Positions 10,520-23,075 of a stretch of 64,000 nucleotides of DNA are shown here, in pieces. Under the pieces are notes generated by a model. That model saw only the letters and a list, made by a program, of their open reading frames with translations. It did not search any database and had not been told where the DNA came from. The translations under genes were made by a program, and so were the position numbers. The first letter of the stretch is position 1; each line of letters starts with the position of its first letter. Source of the stretch: Pseudogymnoascus verrucosus (Eukaryota); the NCBI GenBank assembly GCA_001662655.1, contig KV460216.1. One strand, given 5' to 3'.

Positions 10520-12468
10520 TCATCTTGTCCCATTAGAGAGCTTCTGCGGCTCTGGCATCCTATATTTATGCTGATACTCAATTGCATCCAATTCTTCCTG
10601 GTGCGTATCGTCCGCGGGTAACTCCCCCCGTGGCATATCCTTCCCGGCTGATAGCTCCACCTCAGCTCCCTCTGAGCCACCGTCGCCCTCCTTCACGTTT
10701 TGATACCCCTGGTTGCCTTGGTAATCTGTGGCAGCAAGTGCCCCGCTATTTCTATTAATTGCCTTGGGTTTCCGCCAGCAGAACCACCACAGTAGAAATC
10801 CAGCAAGCGCCACCGCGAACACTCCTCCGACAACGCCGCCAGCTATGTCGCCGACATTTGTCTTGCTCCTAGTCTCTTTCTCAGGTTCAGGTGTATGCGT
10901 GGGCGTGGGTGTGGGCGTGGGCGTGGACGTGGTTTTAGGCGTTGTCGCGGTGACGGATTTGTTGAAAATAGAATTTAAAGCGGCATCGCCCCAAGTGGAT
11001 GGGAATGCTGAGTTGCTCGAGTAGAATCTATTTACCATATCTGGCCTGGTATACGCTTTCGCGTCAGGATTATAGCTGTCGCTCCACGTAAGTGTCGTGA
11101 GATCGAAGATCTTCATGGCGGAGTTCCAGGAGTCAACGTATGATGACCAATCCACGCCCGAGGGGTGCTGATCACCGCCGACGGAAAGCATCTGCCGCTG
11201 ATTATGCTGGGAGATGGACTTTTCGCCAATTTTTTGGCACTTGTGGTTGTTGCGCCAGGTGCTGGCTGAGGTGGGTACCTCGAGCCAGTGAAATGCAGGG
11301 AGGGTTAGGATGTAAACCTTGCTGAGGGTGGCCACTGCTGCAGAGTTGGAAGAGCCCACGTCGCCTCCGTAGATAAAACTGTCTTATGTTAAAATAGGGA
11401 TGGCGAGCGCAAAGTGACAGAATATACGTACATTTCGTATGAAGAACTATTCGCATTACTAGCTCCTACAGAGCAGAATGAGTATCGCCCCGTCGGCGCA
11501 TTCGTAGCCGCTTGGGTATAAAATGTATCCGTGTAAATATCATAAACATCAATAGAGCCAAGGTCTGCAAGATCTAATGATGCCGCTCCCCTGTCCACTG
11601 GGTTCTTCCCGCCAAAGAAAAGTAGCACGCCCTCTTCGCCATACTGCGGAACAAACTGTGCCTCGCCCGCGAGACTGTGTGGTGTAGTCCGTGATACGTT
11701 GCTATATGTCTGGGTTGCGTAGTCATAGGTTACAAAGTCTTCCATCACCATTTGTATGGGTACTCCTTCCCCACCGTCGGGAACTACATTATAAGTTATC
11801 GTGCCGCCAAAGCTATAATGCTTTTTATCGCTGCTTGTCGTGAGGGCGTATTCGATACTGGAGGTGAGAGGGAAAGAGTCTGAAATTGACTTCGCGAATT
11901 GGCGCGACCAGTTCACGTTACCGTTTTCGGGAGGCGTAAAGCCCCAGACTTCAGGCGTCACATTCGCTTCATATGTAACATGGTCGTCTTTGAAGTTTGC
12001 GCTGTAGTATGCCCCGCCGTAACTGTAGACAACGTTATGTATCGTATCGTGGTAGATCTCTGGCCGTCGGGACGGCTTGAATTCTTCGGCGTGATTAGAG
12101 ATTATTGCATCGACAGTGGAGGTGGACCAGGACTTGGAAAGGTCAATTGCGAAAGTCTGGGAGTCTATGAAGGTCTAGAGGTGAGCTAACGAAGGGGGTG
12201 AGGAGAGGAAGCGTACTTGGTAGATAGGTCATGACACCATCATCGTTATGATGGATTTCGCCGCCATGGAGGTAGAGCCAGTTGCCTACGACAATTGCTT
12301 TTGTGAAGGTTAGATCCGCATGTCTGCAACAGCACTACTCCTTGTAAACCTCAACTACGTACAAGATGGCCAAAACCACGATTTAAATCCTTTTGGGAGA
12401 AACGAGGCTGGTGTGGCATTGACGCTGGAGATTCGAAGTCCGAGAAGAAGTAGGATAATGAACCTCAT
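10520..12468 (-). CDS. Kelch-repeat single-pass membrane protein (multi-exon)
   Basis: ATG 12468 (MRFIILLLLGL), Kelch GG motifs (YLHGGE, YSFGG, LFFGG, IYGG), S/T/P stalk, TM segment IAGGVVGGVFAVALAGFLLWWFCW, cytoplasmic ExELxA motifs. Confidence 0.8.
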
Positions 12469-14627
12469 TGTCGCATCTGGCGCGACGGCGCAGGGCGTAG
12501 AGTGCTATTTCCAACACGATGGAGTTGATTCGCTACATCAACCAAAGCATATGTAGCATACATAAGAAAGAGAAGGGGTCCTCGGAGGAAGAGAGGGGAG
12601 GGCAGAAATACAATAGTATCCACTCCGGTCAGCTGGCAGTAACTGCCACAACGGCCACAGTGTGGGGTTTTAAATGAAGGCTAAATTCTAAGTCTTGGCC
12701 CCTTGTCCCTGTCCATCTGTCGAAGCGGCCTTGCTCCTATTAACACAACACAACACATGTCAACAAAAACGTCTCAGAGCCCCCTAAGCGCCACTCGAAT
12801 CCACGATAATGAGCAACGGTTGTAAACTTAGAAGGTGGAGACGAGGATGCCCCGTAGGATTAGCCGCGGTGCTTGAGCGAGGGTTTCTTGGATTGAGATA
12901 TGGATGGTGGTGATTCTACGGCGGCGGCACCTTTCCGGAAATTGTTTCCTTGGCCTTTTGTAGCGGTTTCCTTGGCCTTTCGTAACGAGTCTCTGGCACC
13001 TGTTTACGTAACGCCCAAGCTAATTTATGTGTCCAAGCTATAACCGTAAGTAAAATGAGGCTGATGGTGAGTTGAATAGAAAGCGTATACCCTTTGATGC
13101 ACATGGGATGCATTTATGCGTACCTGTCGGTGCGTGCCGTGCCGCTGTCACGACGGTGGCGGTGTCGATTGATAAATCACATGACTGCAGACGGCCAGAT
13201 TGGGCATTTGGCCAACAGGAAAAGGGGAACGAAGCCGCGATGATCGGAGGATGATGCGGAATTGCTATTTGTAAGATTCTCAAAATTCAATATCAACGTG
13301 GGTGTATAAAAGCAATACTTTTACAGCAACATGTGCAACCATATTGCGTGATCTACATCGCACACAAATATGTTTTTATGCCGCTGCTCATTCGTCCTTG
13401 CCGCCGTCAACCCGAGGGCGATTGAGTGCATTTTGAAGAATTCTGCAAATTGAATTATAGGTGCGGTGCGACTCCCGAAACCAAGCCACTGCTCAACATT
13501 TGCACAAGTTTGAGACACACGCCGTCTATTTGAAATGGAAAAACGCCCATTCAAATACTGCTAGGGCTGAGGTCAGGCGACATCACGCAGGTCATGACAT
13601 GGCGCATCCGTTAGGGTCACGATTCGTTTCTCAAATCTCATGTCGCGGCTACGAGAGATCCAGAGCTGGGGAGCACAGTAAGGGGTGGCCACCGGCATCG
13701 TCTCCGGGCTCCGCGGTTGGAGTAATGTTTGCTTATTTGTCTGTCGTACTCCAATAACTTTAAAACCATACGTACACGCTCAATCGCAGCGTCATTACAT
13801 TCGGTGCTGCTTGTTTCTCCAAAATAGCAGCAGTGTGTGACACCAAGCTCCGTGGGTTGCACGCTTGACTTGTCGTGGAGACGTTGTTCTCGATGCGGGT
13901 TCTTCCAACGTCCCAGTTACTTTTGTCGATTCTGCAATTGAGCAGACTCATCGTGGGAGCGCGCAAGCTGTGGAATAAAGCCGGGGTCACAGAGGACATG
14001 AGGTCCAATCATTGCGTTTGTTTCGGTACTGAACTCGTTCAGTTTTCGGTTTCCCTCAAGCACGGATATAGCGACGACGATCGATCCAGTCCCTCGTGCT
14101 GGTGGTCCGGAAACCCGCCGTATCCCACGGCGTTCGTGGTGATCGTTGCGTCCTGTCGTGGTTGTGTGTCTTCGTCAAACTCGATAACAGTGATGATATC
14201 AGAAACTCGAATCGCACAATAGAGATCTGTGTGGAATCTGATATCTTTAGGGCCAGTCAGCTGCTGTTTTGCGTGCACAGCGGCTGTGGTGGTCTTCAAA
14301 TGGCCTATGAGATGCTCCCGGAATATTCATCAGGAACCGCGTGGAGTCCTTAATCTCTCACACCTTGGTGGATATGTTGCTGTGTTTTAATATCCGGCCG
14401 CTTTGGCGGCCAGACTGCAAAGTTTGCAGTACCTACGGTCGTTGCTAGCATTCAGAACACCACAAATGCAGTGGAAAATTTATACTCGCCCCTATGTCTG
14501 ACACTGGAATGGACACCTATATGAATAGTTACAAGCCCCATTCCCAGGGCCATTCTTTTAGATCTGACGGCCCAGCAAGTACAACTATTCTCTTCCATAA
14601 ACCTAAGGTCTATTTGAAGTAGTAGCA

Positions 14628-15002
14628 ATGGCAGCCAGCTTAAAGGCATGTTCAGAACCAAGCCGAAGGTAAAGCTCAACTGCTGATATATTCCAACCCC
14701 CCAAACCCCCCCGGATTCTCATATTGGTCCGCTCTATTGAACCGTCTGGGCTAAGCGCGGAGACTAACAAAGGAAGCTACAGAGTTATATCGTCTTCCAA
14801 GCCAACCAAAAATATAAAACAGACAACGCAGAGATCCAAGCCACCCAAAGTTCGAGAGACGTCAGCGCAACTCCAACGCTTCCTCGATGAGGAAGACGCA
14901 GACTACAAGTCTCTTGCCATTCCAGGGAGCGAGTCTCACCACAAAACTGCCAAAGAAGAGCGCCGCAAGGCTATCAATGAGGCAGTTGCACGTGAATACT
15001 GA
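14628..15002 (+). CDS. Possible 86-aa hypothetical protein (2 exons)
   Basis: ATG 14628; intron 14669-14782 (GTAAAG..CTAAC..CAG) joins in frame to the 14724-15002 ORF. No recognisable domain. Confidence 0.4.
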
Positions 15003-16235
15003 GCGGTAATGCTGCTGGAAGCTGCAGTGTGCCAATGGTGGGGTGGGGAGGAGAGTACAGGTCTGTTTTGGAATGATACCATTGGGCTCCTAGGCCTCGA
15101 GGAGTTAGGTTGATGAGAGATACCCGAACTGCTTCGTTTTCGGGGGGATATTAATGTACTTTGCGTATTGTTGCAATTGAAAGTTGTCTGAATCCGCTCG
15201 TATGCATTGACCAACATCTCTGGTGGTACAGGCTACGAAACCAAACGTCAACCGAGTTGATCACTATCATTCAAATCAATCATATTGCCCTGATCGGTAC
15301 TGTCAGAAGCGTCCAACTATTATCCACATGTTCATTTGGGACCCCGCTGACTACAAGCCCCAGCCTCGATCTCTCTCCTACCATTTCTCACATGCATTTG
15401 ATAACACCTTCAACTGATTAATTAATCAGCACTTTCACAGGCATGGTGCCATATATAGTATCCATCCGCTGCTACATCCGCCATGGCACGTGTCAAAGAT
15501 AGTTTGAAAGACATCAATTGGTATTCATAATAGCGCTGGTGAACGGAGCAGCGGACCAGTTTAAGGATAGGGTTTGTCTCTTTAGCTCGACTTCCAAGGA
15601 ACTAGCTCCTTAAAGGATGCAATATAGCTGTAATACGACGATAGAATGCCGAGGTTTGTCCGCGAATATTCGCTCATATAACCAATGGCCAGGTCCATGC
15701 CCTTGCGTCCGGGCAGAATTCACCTGCCGGTGATTGAGCATCTTTCGTTTAGTGATAGTTTCTATATATCCTAGCTGTTGTACACAGTTCGTCTTCGGGC
15801 CTTTGGGTGGCAAGACAAACTTAAGCATACACGTTGCAAGCGGATTATTATTCCTCCACATCAAACCCCAAACGTTCAACCCCACGCATATCACATCATC
15901 CGCTTCGATTAGCCTCGTACAGCTTCCCCGCACCATCCATGGTGGTAGATCGAGGGGTTTGTCTTGGCAACCTAATAATTCCACCATATAAAGCCTCCAT
16001 CTTATATAGTGCCAGGGACAGGTCCAAAAAACTTTCTATACGTGGAACTATCCGGTAAATAGAATCAGTGATATGCCGAGCTATTCATTTATGCCTTTCT
16101 TTACCATGTCCTCCGAGTAAGTTAATCTAGAAATTCGGCTTTGCCGTCTCGGTAGTGGCTTTCCATTCGTGCGAGTTATAGTGTTCTCCTTATATTCAAC
16201 TGGATCCCTCTTGGATTTCTCTAGTATCACGCATC

Positions 16236-17437
16236 ATGAAGCTCTCAACCGTATTTTACGCCTTTCTGGCATCAAGCACCGTATCGGCCCTGCCCTTGGA
16301 GTCTGATATTACAGATATCTCTGTCCGTGCTGACTCTAGTCTTGTGGGTTACCTTGGAGTCTTCTTCCTGGGAGACGCACCAAATGTCTACTTCTACTTG
16401 AGCAATGGAAACAATGCGCTCTCCTTCAAAGCTTTGAAGGGCGGTCAGGCAATTCTCGACCCATCTTCCGGTACGGGCGGAGTCCGCGATCCGTCTATTA
16501 TCAACGGTGGTGGATCTGAGGCTGGCAAAAAATGGTATATCATGGGAACCGATTTAGATATCGCAAAGGTAAACTATGGCCTGAAGATGTCCCCTATCAT
16601 CAGTTTTATTTGGCCAGGATCTGACACGAAGGCAGACCACCTGGGACGCATCTCAGCGTAAAGGGTCTCTCAGTATTTATATCTGGGAAAGCACAGATCT
16701 AATTAACTGGGGCTCTGAGAGGTTGATAAAAGTTGAGAACGACCAAGCTGGAATGGTGTGGGCGCCTGATGCAATTTGGGATGCGAGCAAGGGTGAGATC
16801 CCAAAACCTGTCTTAGAAGGCGATGGTTATATTGACACCTCTCCAGGCCAATACTTGGTTCACTGGGCATCCAAATTCGTAAGACGCCCGCTACCTTATA
16901 CTATTCACTTCCTAACCTGAATTGCAGTACTCCACGTCCGACTCCCAGCACACTGGAACCCCTGGTGCCAGCCAAATCCGATATGCTTACACCAGCGACT
17001 TCAAAACCTTCACCTCGCCACAGACTCTCATCGCCGCCTCAACTCCCGTCATCGACCTAGCAATCTTACAGCTACCACAATATGGCGCCAATAGCTACGC
17101 ACGCTTCCTTAAGGATGAGTCCGCCTCACTCGTCTACATGGAACGGTCAGACAACGGTTTATTCGGTACCTGGACACGACCCGGCGGCGCCTCGGCTTGG
17201 ATTCACACTCAGGTTGAGGGCCCATACGCCTACCTAGATAATCAAGTTAATGGGAAGGTCAACCTGCTGTTAGATTATTATGGCAGTGATGGGTACAGGC
17301 CATTTACGTCAACGAATCTGAATGCCAATGCCTGGGTGGATGGGGATCGAACGAATTTCCCAACGTACTTGAGGCATGGTTCGGTTATTGGAATCAACCA
17401 GGCGAGATATGATGCGCTGAATGCGAAATGGGGGTAA
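16236..17437 (+). CDS. Secreted single-domain GH43 glycoside hydrolase (arabinosidase-like), 3 introns
   Basis: Signal peptide; GVRDPSI, MVWAPDAIWD, VIDLAI and VEGP propeller motifs across spliced exons. Confidence 0.88.
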
Positions 17438-17869
17438 GAGGACGATCTAGATGGCCACGATCGCATCCTTCACATAGTCGGGTACGAGACAGTATCTTGG
17501 CTTTTAGTTCATAGTACAAATATATAGTAGCTCTGGGGGTTAGTCGACTGTATATACTGAAGAACTCCACCTCGTAACTCAGTTTACATACCAGATATAT
17601 ATTATGAAGCTATCCATAGTCCGCAATTCCAGATGAAGTAATCGGTGGTAATCGTGGGATTCGTCTGTGGCGTATTAGCTTGTGAAAGTGTGGGGTTCTA
17701 TTTTAGGAAGGGGCCACCCACCGGAGTCGTACGTACCTGCCCCACTCTTTCCAAGCGCGTTCCTGCCTTGCATTTACAATATCAATGCCAACATCATATT
17801 AGCCCGCAAACTCTCCTGCTTCTCATCTGTTTCGGTTTCTTAATTTGTGAATACATTTGTAACTCCGCG

Positions 17870-19214
17870 ATGTAGGTTCCTAGGCCCTCTCCTGCCCTGT
17901 CGCATGCTGACCGCCGCATAGGGCTCATGCTCCTCCAGATACCGCCGCCAAGCACCCACGCCTGACGGCCGCTGAGGTGACGGCATTGCCTAGCTACCCA
18001 TCAGTGACGTGGAAACTTCAGCCAACACAGGAGGGAAAGTTGAAAGTTGCAGAGGGGAGAGGAGGTCCTTTGAACATTTCATGGGAGGTACACGGAACGG
18101 GAAAGACGAAGGTTATAGTAAGTCACGAGACACCGCATGGCATGTCGTACACGTGATTACGAGGAGCTAGATGTTAGAAAAATGATGGAACTAGACTAAC
18201 AAGCTATTATTCAGGCGATCACAGGACTTGGAGCCAACAAGGTAAGTTCATAGATCCCCGCATGAATTATAGAGGCTAACACAAGAATAGGCAGCATGGC
18301 AACGCCAAACATTAAGGTTTGGCCACGAGCAGGGAGATCAGTACTCCTTCTTGATCTTCGATAACCGCGGTATTGGCCGCTCTGACAAGCCTGTCATGCG
18401 CTACTCGACCTCCGAAATGGCGAAGGATGTTGTCGAGCTCGCAGATCACTTAGGCTGGACTCAGGAGCGGGAATTGCACGTTATTGGGGTGTCAATGGGC
18501 GGTATGATCGCACAGGAACTCGTATGCAGCCTTATCCACCATAGCCTTGATCATTTCTTGGTTCAGTCACTAACAGTTCTTCAGGGTCAACTCATACCCG
18601 AGCGCATATGCTCACTTTCTCTTTTCTCCACTCTTGCACGTTTCCAGCGCACCGTCCCTTTCCTGCAAAATGTACGTAACAGAGTCAGCATGTTTTTGCC
18701 CAAGTCCCTTGATCGCACCATCATCGACGTCGCCTACAACATGTTCCCTGACAGCTGGCTCGACGCTCCCGACACCCTACACCTGCCTTCCTCAACCACA
18801 CCCGGCTGCCTCCCTGCCGCCGGCCACACGGACTGGGAGTCGGGCGCGTACGGCCACTTCCCGACCAACTTTGCGCGCATCGCAGCGCAAGATCTAGAGA
18901 AGCGTTCGGATACAGACAGCTTTGGACCGAAGGGTTTCATTTTACAAGCCATTGCTGCGGGGTGGCATGACATGAGTCCAGAGCGGCTGAAGGAGCTTGG
19001 GGACAAGGTGGGGAGGGAGAGGATTTTGGTTGTGCATGGAACCGAGGATCGCATGCTGACGTTCCCTCATGGGGAGGCTCTAATAAAGCAACTGGAGCCT
19101 GGACAGAGTTACGTGAGGGAGGGGAGGGGACATGTTCTTTTGATAGAAGAGCAGGACTGGCATGACGAAACTATAGCGAAATTATGGGCGAAGACTGCTT
19201 CGTTATCGGTTTAA
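17870..19214 (+). CDS. Alpha/beta hydrolase (multi-exon)
   Basis: WEVHGTG, FDNRGIGRSD, GVSMGG nucleophile elbow, HGTEDRM, GRGH. Start codon probably split AT|G by intron 17872-17921. Confidence 0.85.
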
Positions 19215-19661
19215 GTTTGCGGGTTCGTATCAAGGAGCGACTGGAAGGGGATAAGTTGCCGTGTTTGACACCACTATGAATAGGGCCGATAGGGAGCGCC
19301 AACGATTTTTTTGGTAAGGCTTATTACTTGACAAATTGGTTTATAATACCTATTATAAGAACTATTTTAGCCTAGAGTAATAGACTTCGCCCTTACAAGT
19401 GCCAGTGTTTATTTAGAGAAAGTGGAGCTCGTATTTAAATCCAGCCCGGTGTAGTCACATGATTTGGTGTCGCAGATATCAACTATATTGACCCTTAGCC
19501 GCGCGTCATACCACGACACAAGTTCTATTTCTGTCACTTCTTCGACGGTATAAGCTAGTTTTCCTATCCGAACTACTCTAAATGTTATTTTTCAATTAGT
19601 ATACCCCAGAATACCTCGAGGCTCTAGTTTCCTGCAATAATTTTGTGGATTAGACGGCCAA

Positions 19662-21057
19662 ATGCGACGCAGAGTGCACAAGAAGTCGAAGAGTGGATGC
19701 CAGGAATGTAAGAGAAGACACATGAAAGTAATATATCCCCTAAAGATTTTTATTATTGGGTCAATATTGCTCCAAAAACCTCGTCATTATTATACTACTC
19801 TGGGTTTTGTGTTCAGCTAGCTAATTATTACTACAGTGTGATGAACGGCGCCCATCATGCGTCAATTGTACCACGTCAGAGCGTTCCTGTCTTTATCTTG
19901 ATACTGGGCGCAAGCCGCCGATTGTATCGCCTGCTTCACCGGCCAGTTCACCAGCTTTGAGCAACGCAAGTCATGCAAGTTTTGCTGGTTCTCCAGCTGC
20001 CACTTCGGCCACGGCAGTACGTGTGAACGGCTCCTTTTCACCTCTTGGAAGCTCGCCAGTGTCATCGGACCGCCAAAGCCAATTCACGCCATCTACCATT
20101 TCTCCAGTTATTGCCGGTTCAACGATTGGAGAAGCACTGCCTCATGGGGTCAATGGCACGGTTAACATGCTGCATATGGAGCTCCTCTACCACGCATTGC
20201 AGGAGAAGTCTTTATACGTCGGCGCCAGCCAAAGTTATTCCCAGACCATGACCGATATGGTAATTCCGCCAGCTTTGACCCATCCATTCCTAATGTACGA
20301 ATTACTTGCGTTGTCAGCCCTTCATCTCGCCGTGGTACAGCCAAACCGACAACAACTTCTTGAGAGCGTCGCTGCAGAACTTCAAACAGTCGCCCTCTCA
20401 TCATTCAATCAAACATGCCATCAAGTTACACCAACCAACTGTCTCCCAATGTTCGTTTTCTCCTCGTTCATAGGTAACCATGTATTCTACACCACGTTCA
20501 AATATCACAGCGACAACTTCCACAGCTTCCTCGAAGAGTTCGTCAAGTATATGCAAGTCCACCGCGGTGTCCGGTCCGTTATTTCCAACAACTGGGAGAT
20601 GCTACGCGAATTATCAGCTAAAGCGCTCATGCTCGAGGATGAGAGCGATTTGCCACAGCGCGGCCAACCGCAGGGTAACGAGTGCGACAGCCTTCGCCAC
20701 CTCCTCGAGGCAGCTGACATTAGCCCCGCGACCAGAGAAACATACATGCAGGCCGTCGAGAGCCTACAATGGGGGTTTGACGCCCAGCGCGTGCGACATG
20801 TAGTTGGTCTAGCGTTTGCCTGGCCGATTCAAATTTCCACTGAGTACTTGGATCTGTTGAAGCAGCGCAGGCCGGAGGCGCTCGCTATTTTGGCACATTT
20901 CGCTGTGATGCTGCATTCGCATCGTGACGCCTGGCTGGTTGGGGGTTCTGGGAGGTATATTATCGAGTCTATCTCGGGGTACTTGGGAACGTATTGGGAG
21001 AATTGGTTGGCTTGGCCGAGTGCGGCTCTTGCCGAGTCTTCTACGCCTGCGGAATAG
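19662..21057 (+). CDS. Zn2Cys6 transcription factor, Upc2/Ecm22-like
   Basis: HKKSKSGCQECKRRHMK|CDERRPSCVNCTTSERSC (intron 19728-19836); HMELLYH, PFLMYELLALSALHLA and FAWP...RPEALAILAHF of the Upc2-type C-terminal domain. Confidence 0.9.
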
Positions 21058-21471
21058 GATTTTGGAATTAAACAGGAGTTTCAATCAGGAGGTTCGAAAA
21101 ATAAATGCCAAGAATTCCTTGGGGTGATGTGCTATTTTGGTAGGAGTTGGAAAATGAAGATTTGGTACACTATAAATATATATTAATTTCTCACGAATCA
21201 AAAATATAATAATTCACAGATGACGAACCACCAATTCTCGAATGAAGTTATAATTCATACCAAGATTACAAAGCAGTCTCTTATACGGAAATCCGGAAAA
21301 CTATTGGCAGCATGTCTTATTTGGTAACTATATCGAATGGGTGCTATCTCGCTATTCAAAAACAACTATATCAAAATCCTCTAATAACGCCACAGCAAAT
21401 AAAACTATAGTAGATGACAAATGAAAAACACTCTCGATTCTCCCTTCTATAACCCGATCGAGGTTTCGAAC

Positions 21472-22391
21472 TTATGCTTTCGAGCTCATGCTTTCAAGCT
21501 GAACACGCTCTGCATCGTGGATCTTCGCAGCCGTGAGGGCGCCTGGATGTCTCCAGTAAAACAACACCGTCACACCAAACATCAACGTCGCATCGAACAC
21601 ATACAGCGGCCACTCATTCATCAGAAGATAACCATCGTTGCCCATCACATACTCCGCAACACGGAAGATGCTCCTTATCATGATCAATGCACTGACCATG
21701 TAGAGCATACCCAGATACTGCTCCCATTTGGCGTCAATGGTGTAGCTCTCGGTTGTCGGATTCTTGCGAATCTTAAGGTGGAAGAGGACAGCTGTAAGCC
21801 AGAAGAGCCCAAACATGAGGAGTTGGATGCCCAAACCGCCCAAAATCATGTTCTGGCCGAGCTTGACCTTGCTTTGATCCCCACCAGCCATCATTCCACC
21901 ACCTCCGCCCTGGACCATAAAAGAGAAGACATCGCCGCCCACGAAAATCTTGGTGAGCCATGTTGGTCGGATGATAGAAAGATGCCCTCCATTGACAGCG
22001 TTGATGATTCGGCCGAGGGTCATGTAGATGGAGGCAGCGAAGAGGGCAGGCGGGAGGAGAATAAATAAGTTCTGGATGATGTAGGGCATGAGTGCATCGG
22101 TTCGGTTATGGGCAGCCGCTCGCGCGCCAAAGCCAATAACTTCGACTATCGTAGAGGTTAGACTTGGACCAGAGACTGGAATAGGCCACGGAACGTGGAG
22201 GGGCAGGGTAGAAGGATCGTACAAAAAGCCCCGATGGTAAAGGCGAGACAAAACCAGGCGCGAGTCTTGCACAAGCGCCATAAGTGCGCGACCGTGGCGA
22301 TTATGAAGAGGATGCAGAAGATAACTGCCGCGGGGGTCGAGGGAAGATAGTGCCACAGATAGTAGCCATTGTGAGACTTGAGTTCAGTCAT
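21472..22391 (-). CDS. RTA1-family lipid-translocating exporter
   Basis: HYLPSTPAA; intron 22146-22222; ILLPPALFAASIYMTLGRI, KIFVGGDVFSFMVQGGGG, IRSIFRVAEY, EWPLYVFDATLM. Confidence 0.92.
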
Positions 22392-22680
22392 CCTGACAAT
22401 CTAGGTTATACCTGATGTAAGGAAGCCGAATGTCGAATTGAACAGTGAAGGAATGCTCCGATGTAGTGGTAAGGGGCGAGAGCTCAAGAAAGAGAGGCAA
22501 GGAAAGGGACGAAGAGAAAGGCAATGGAAGATTGGGTATAAATGAAGTTGAGTAGTCGAGTGTGTGACTTTCAACCAGAATGAGAAGGGAGAGGGGACTA
22601 CTTATCTTTTCTACACATGGGTATTATTGTCTATGGAAACAGACCTTTGGTGCATCAAAAGCTCGAAGTAAGAGGAAATC

Positions 22681-22938
22681 TCCGCGTATCGCAATGAACC
22701 GTACCAGAAACGGGCAAGCGCTCTATAAATTTAGCTTGCGCGTACAATATGGCATTGATGGAGTAGACCTGATTCATGGCAACGGGCAGAAATTGGGGTA
22801 TGGCGTAGTGCATATAGCTAAGAGCTTTACTCGTATATCCCATGGCATTTCACGTACTTGCGCGTATTTGCGCGTATCCTGCACGTATTAGGAAGTCTAT
22901 ACGGCGGTATACGCGTATCGGATAGCTATACGCGTATA
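22681..22938. promoter_or_regulatory. Array of CGTA(T/C) motifs (SRE-like) in the RTA1/DPH2 divergent promoter
   Basis: TCGTATA 22831-22837; about 10-bp periodic C(A/G)CGTA(C/T) units 22851-22890; palindromes ATACGCGTAT 22909-22918 and TATACGCGTATA 22927-22938. Confidence 0.55.
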
Positions 22939-23075
22939 AAAGAAATTAGTTCGGAGCTAGGCTAAATTAATCAAGCACTATCATTCTGCCGCCAGTTGCC
23001 GATCATCCCACCACAAATTATTGTTCCCCGCCAAATCCGAGACGAGGCTGAGACACCACATACATAACCAGCCCG

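Noticed and set aside
13600..14350. Coding-like GC-balanced region with short ORFs on both strands
   Set aside because: No consistent frame or motif; at most an unidentifiable relic.
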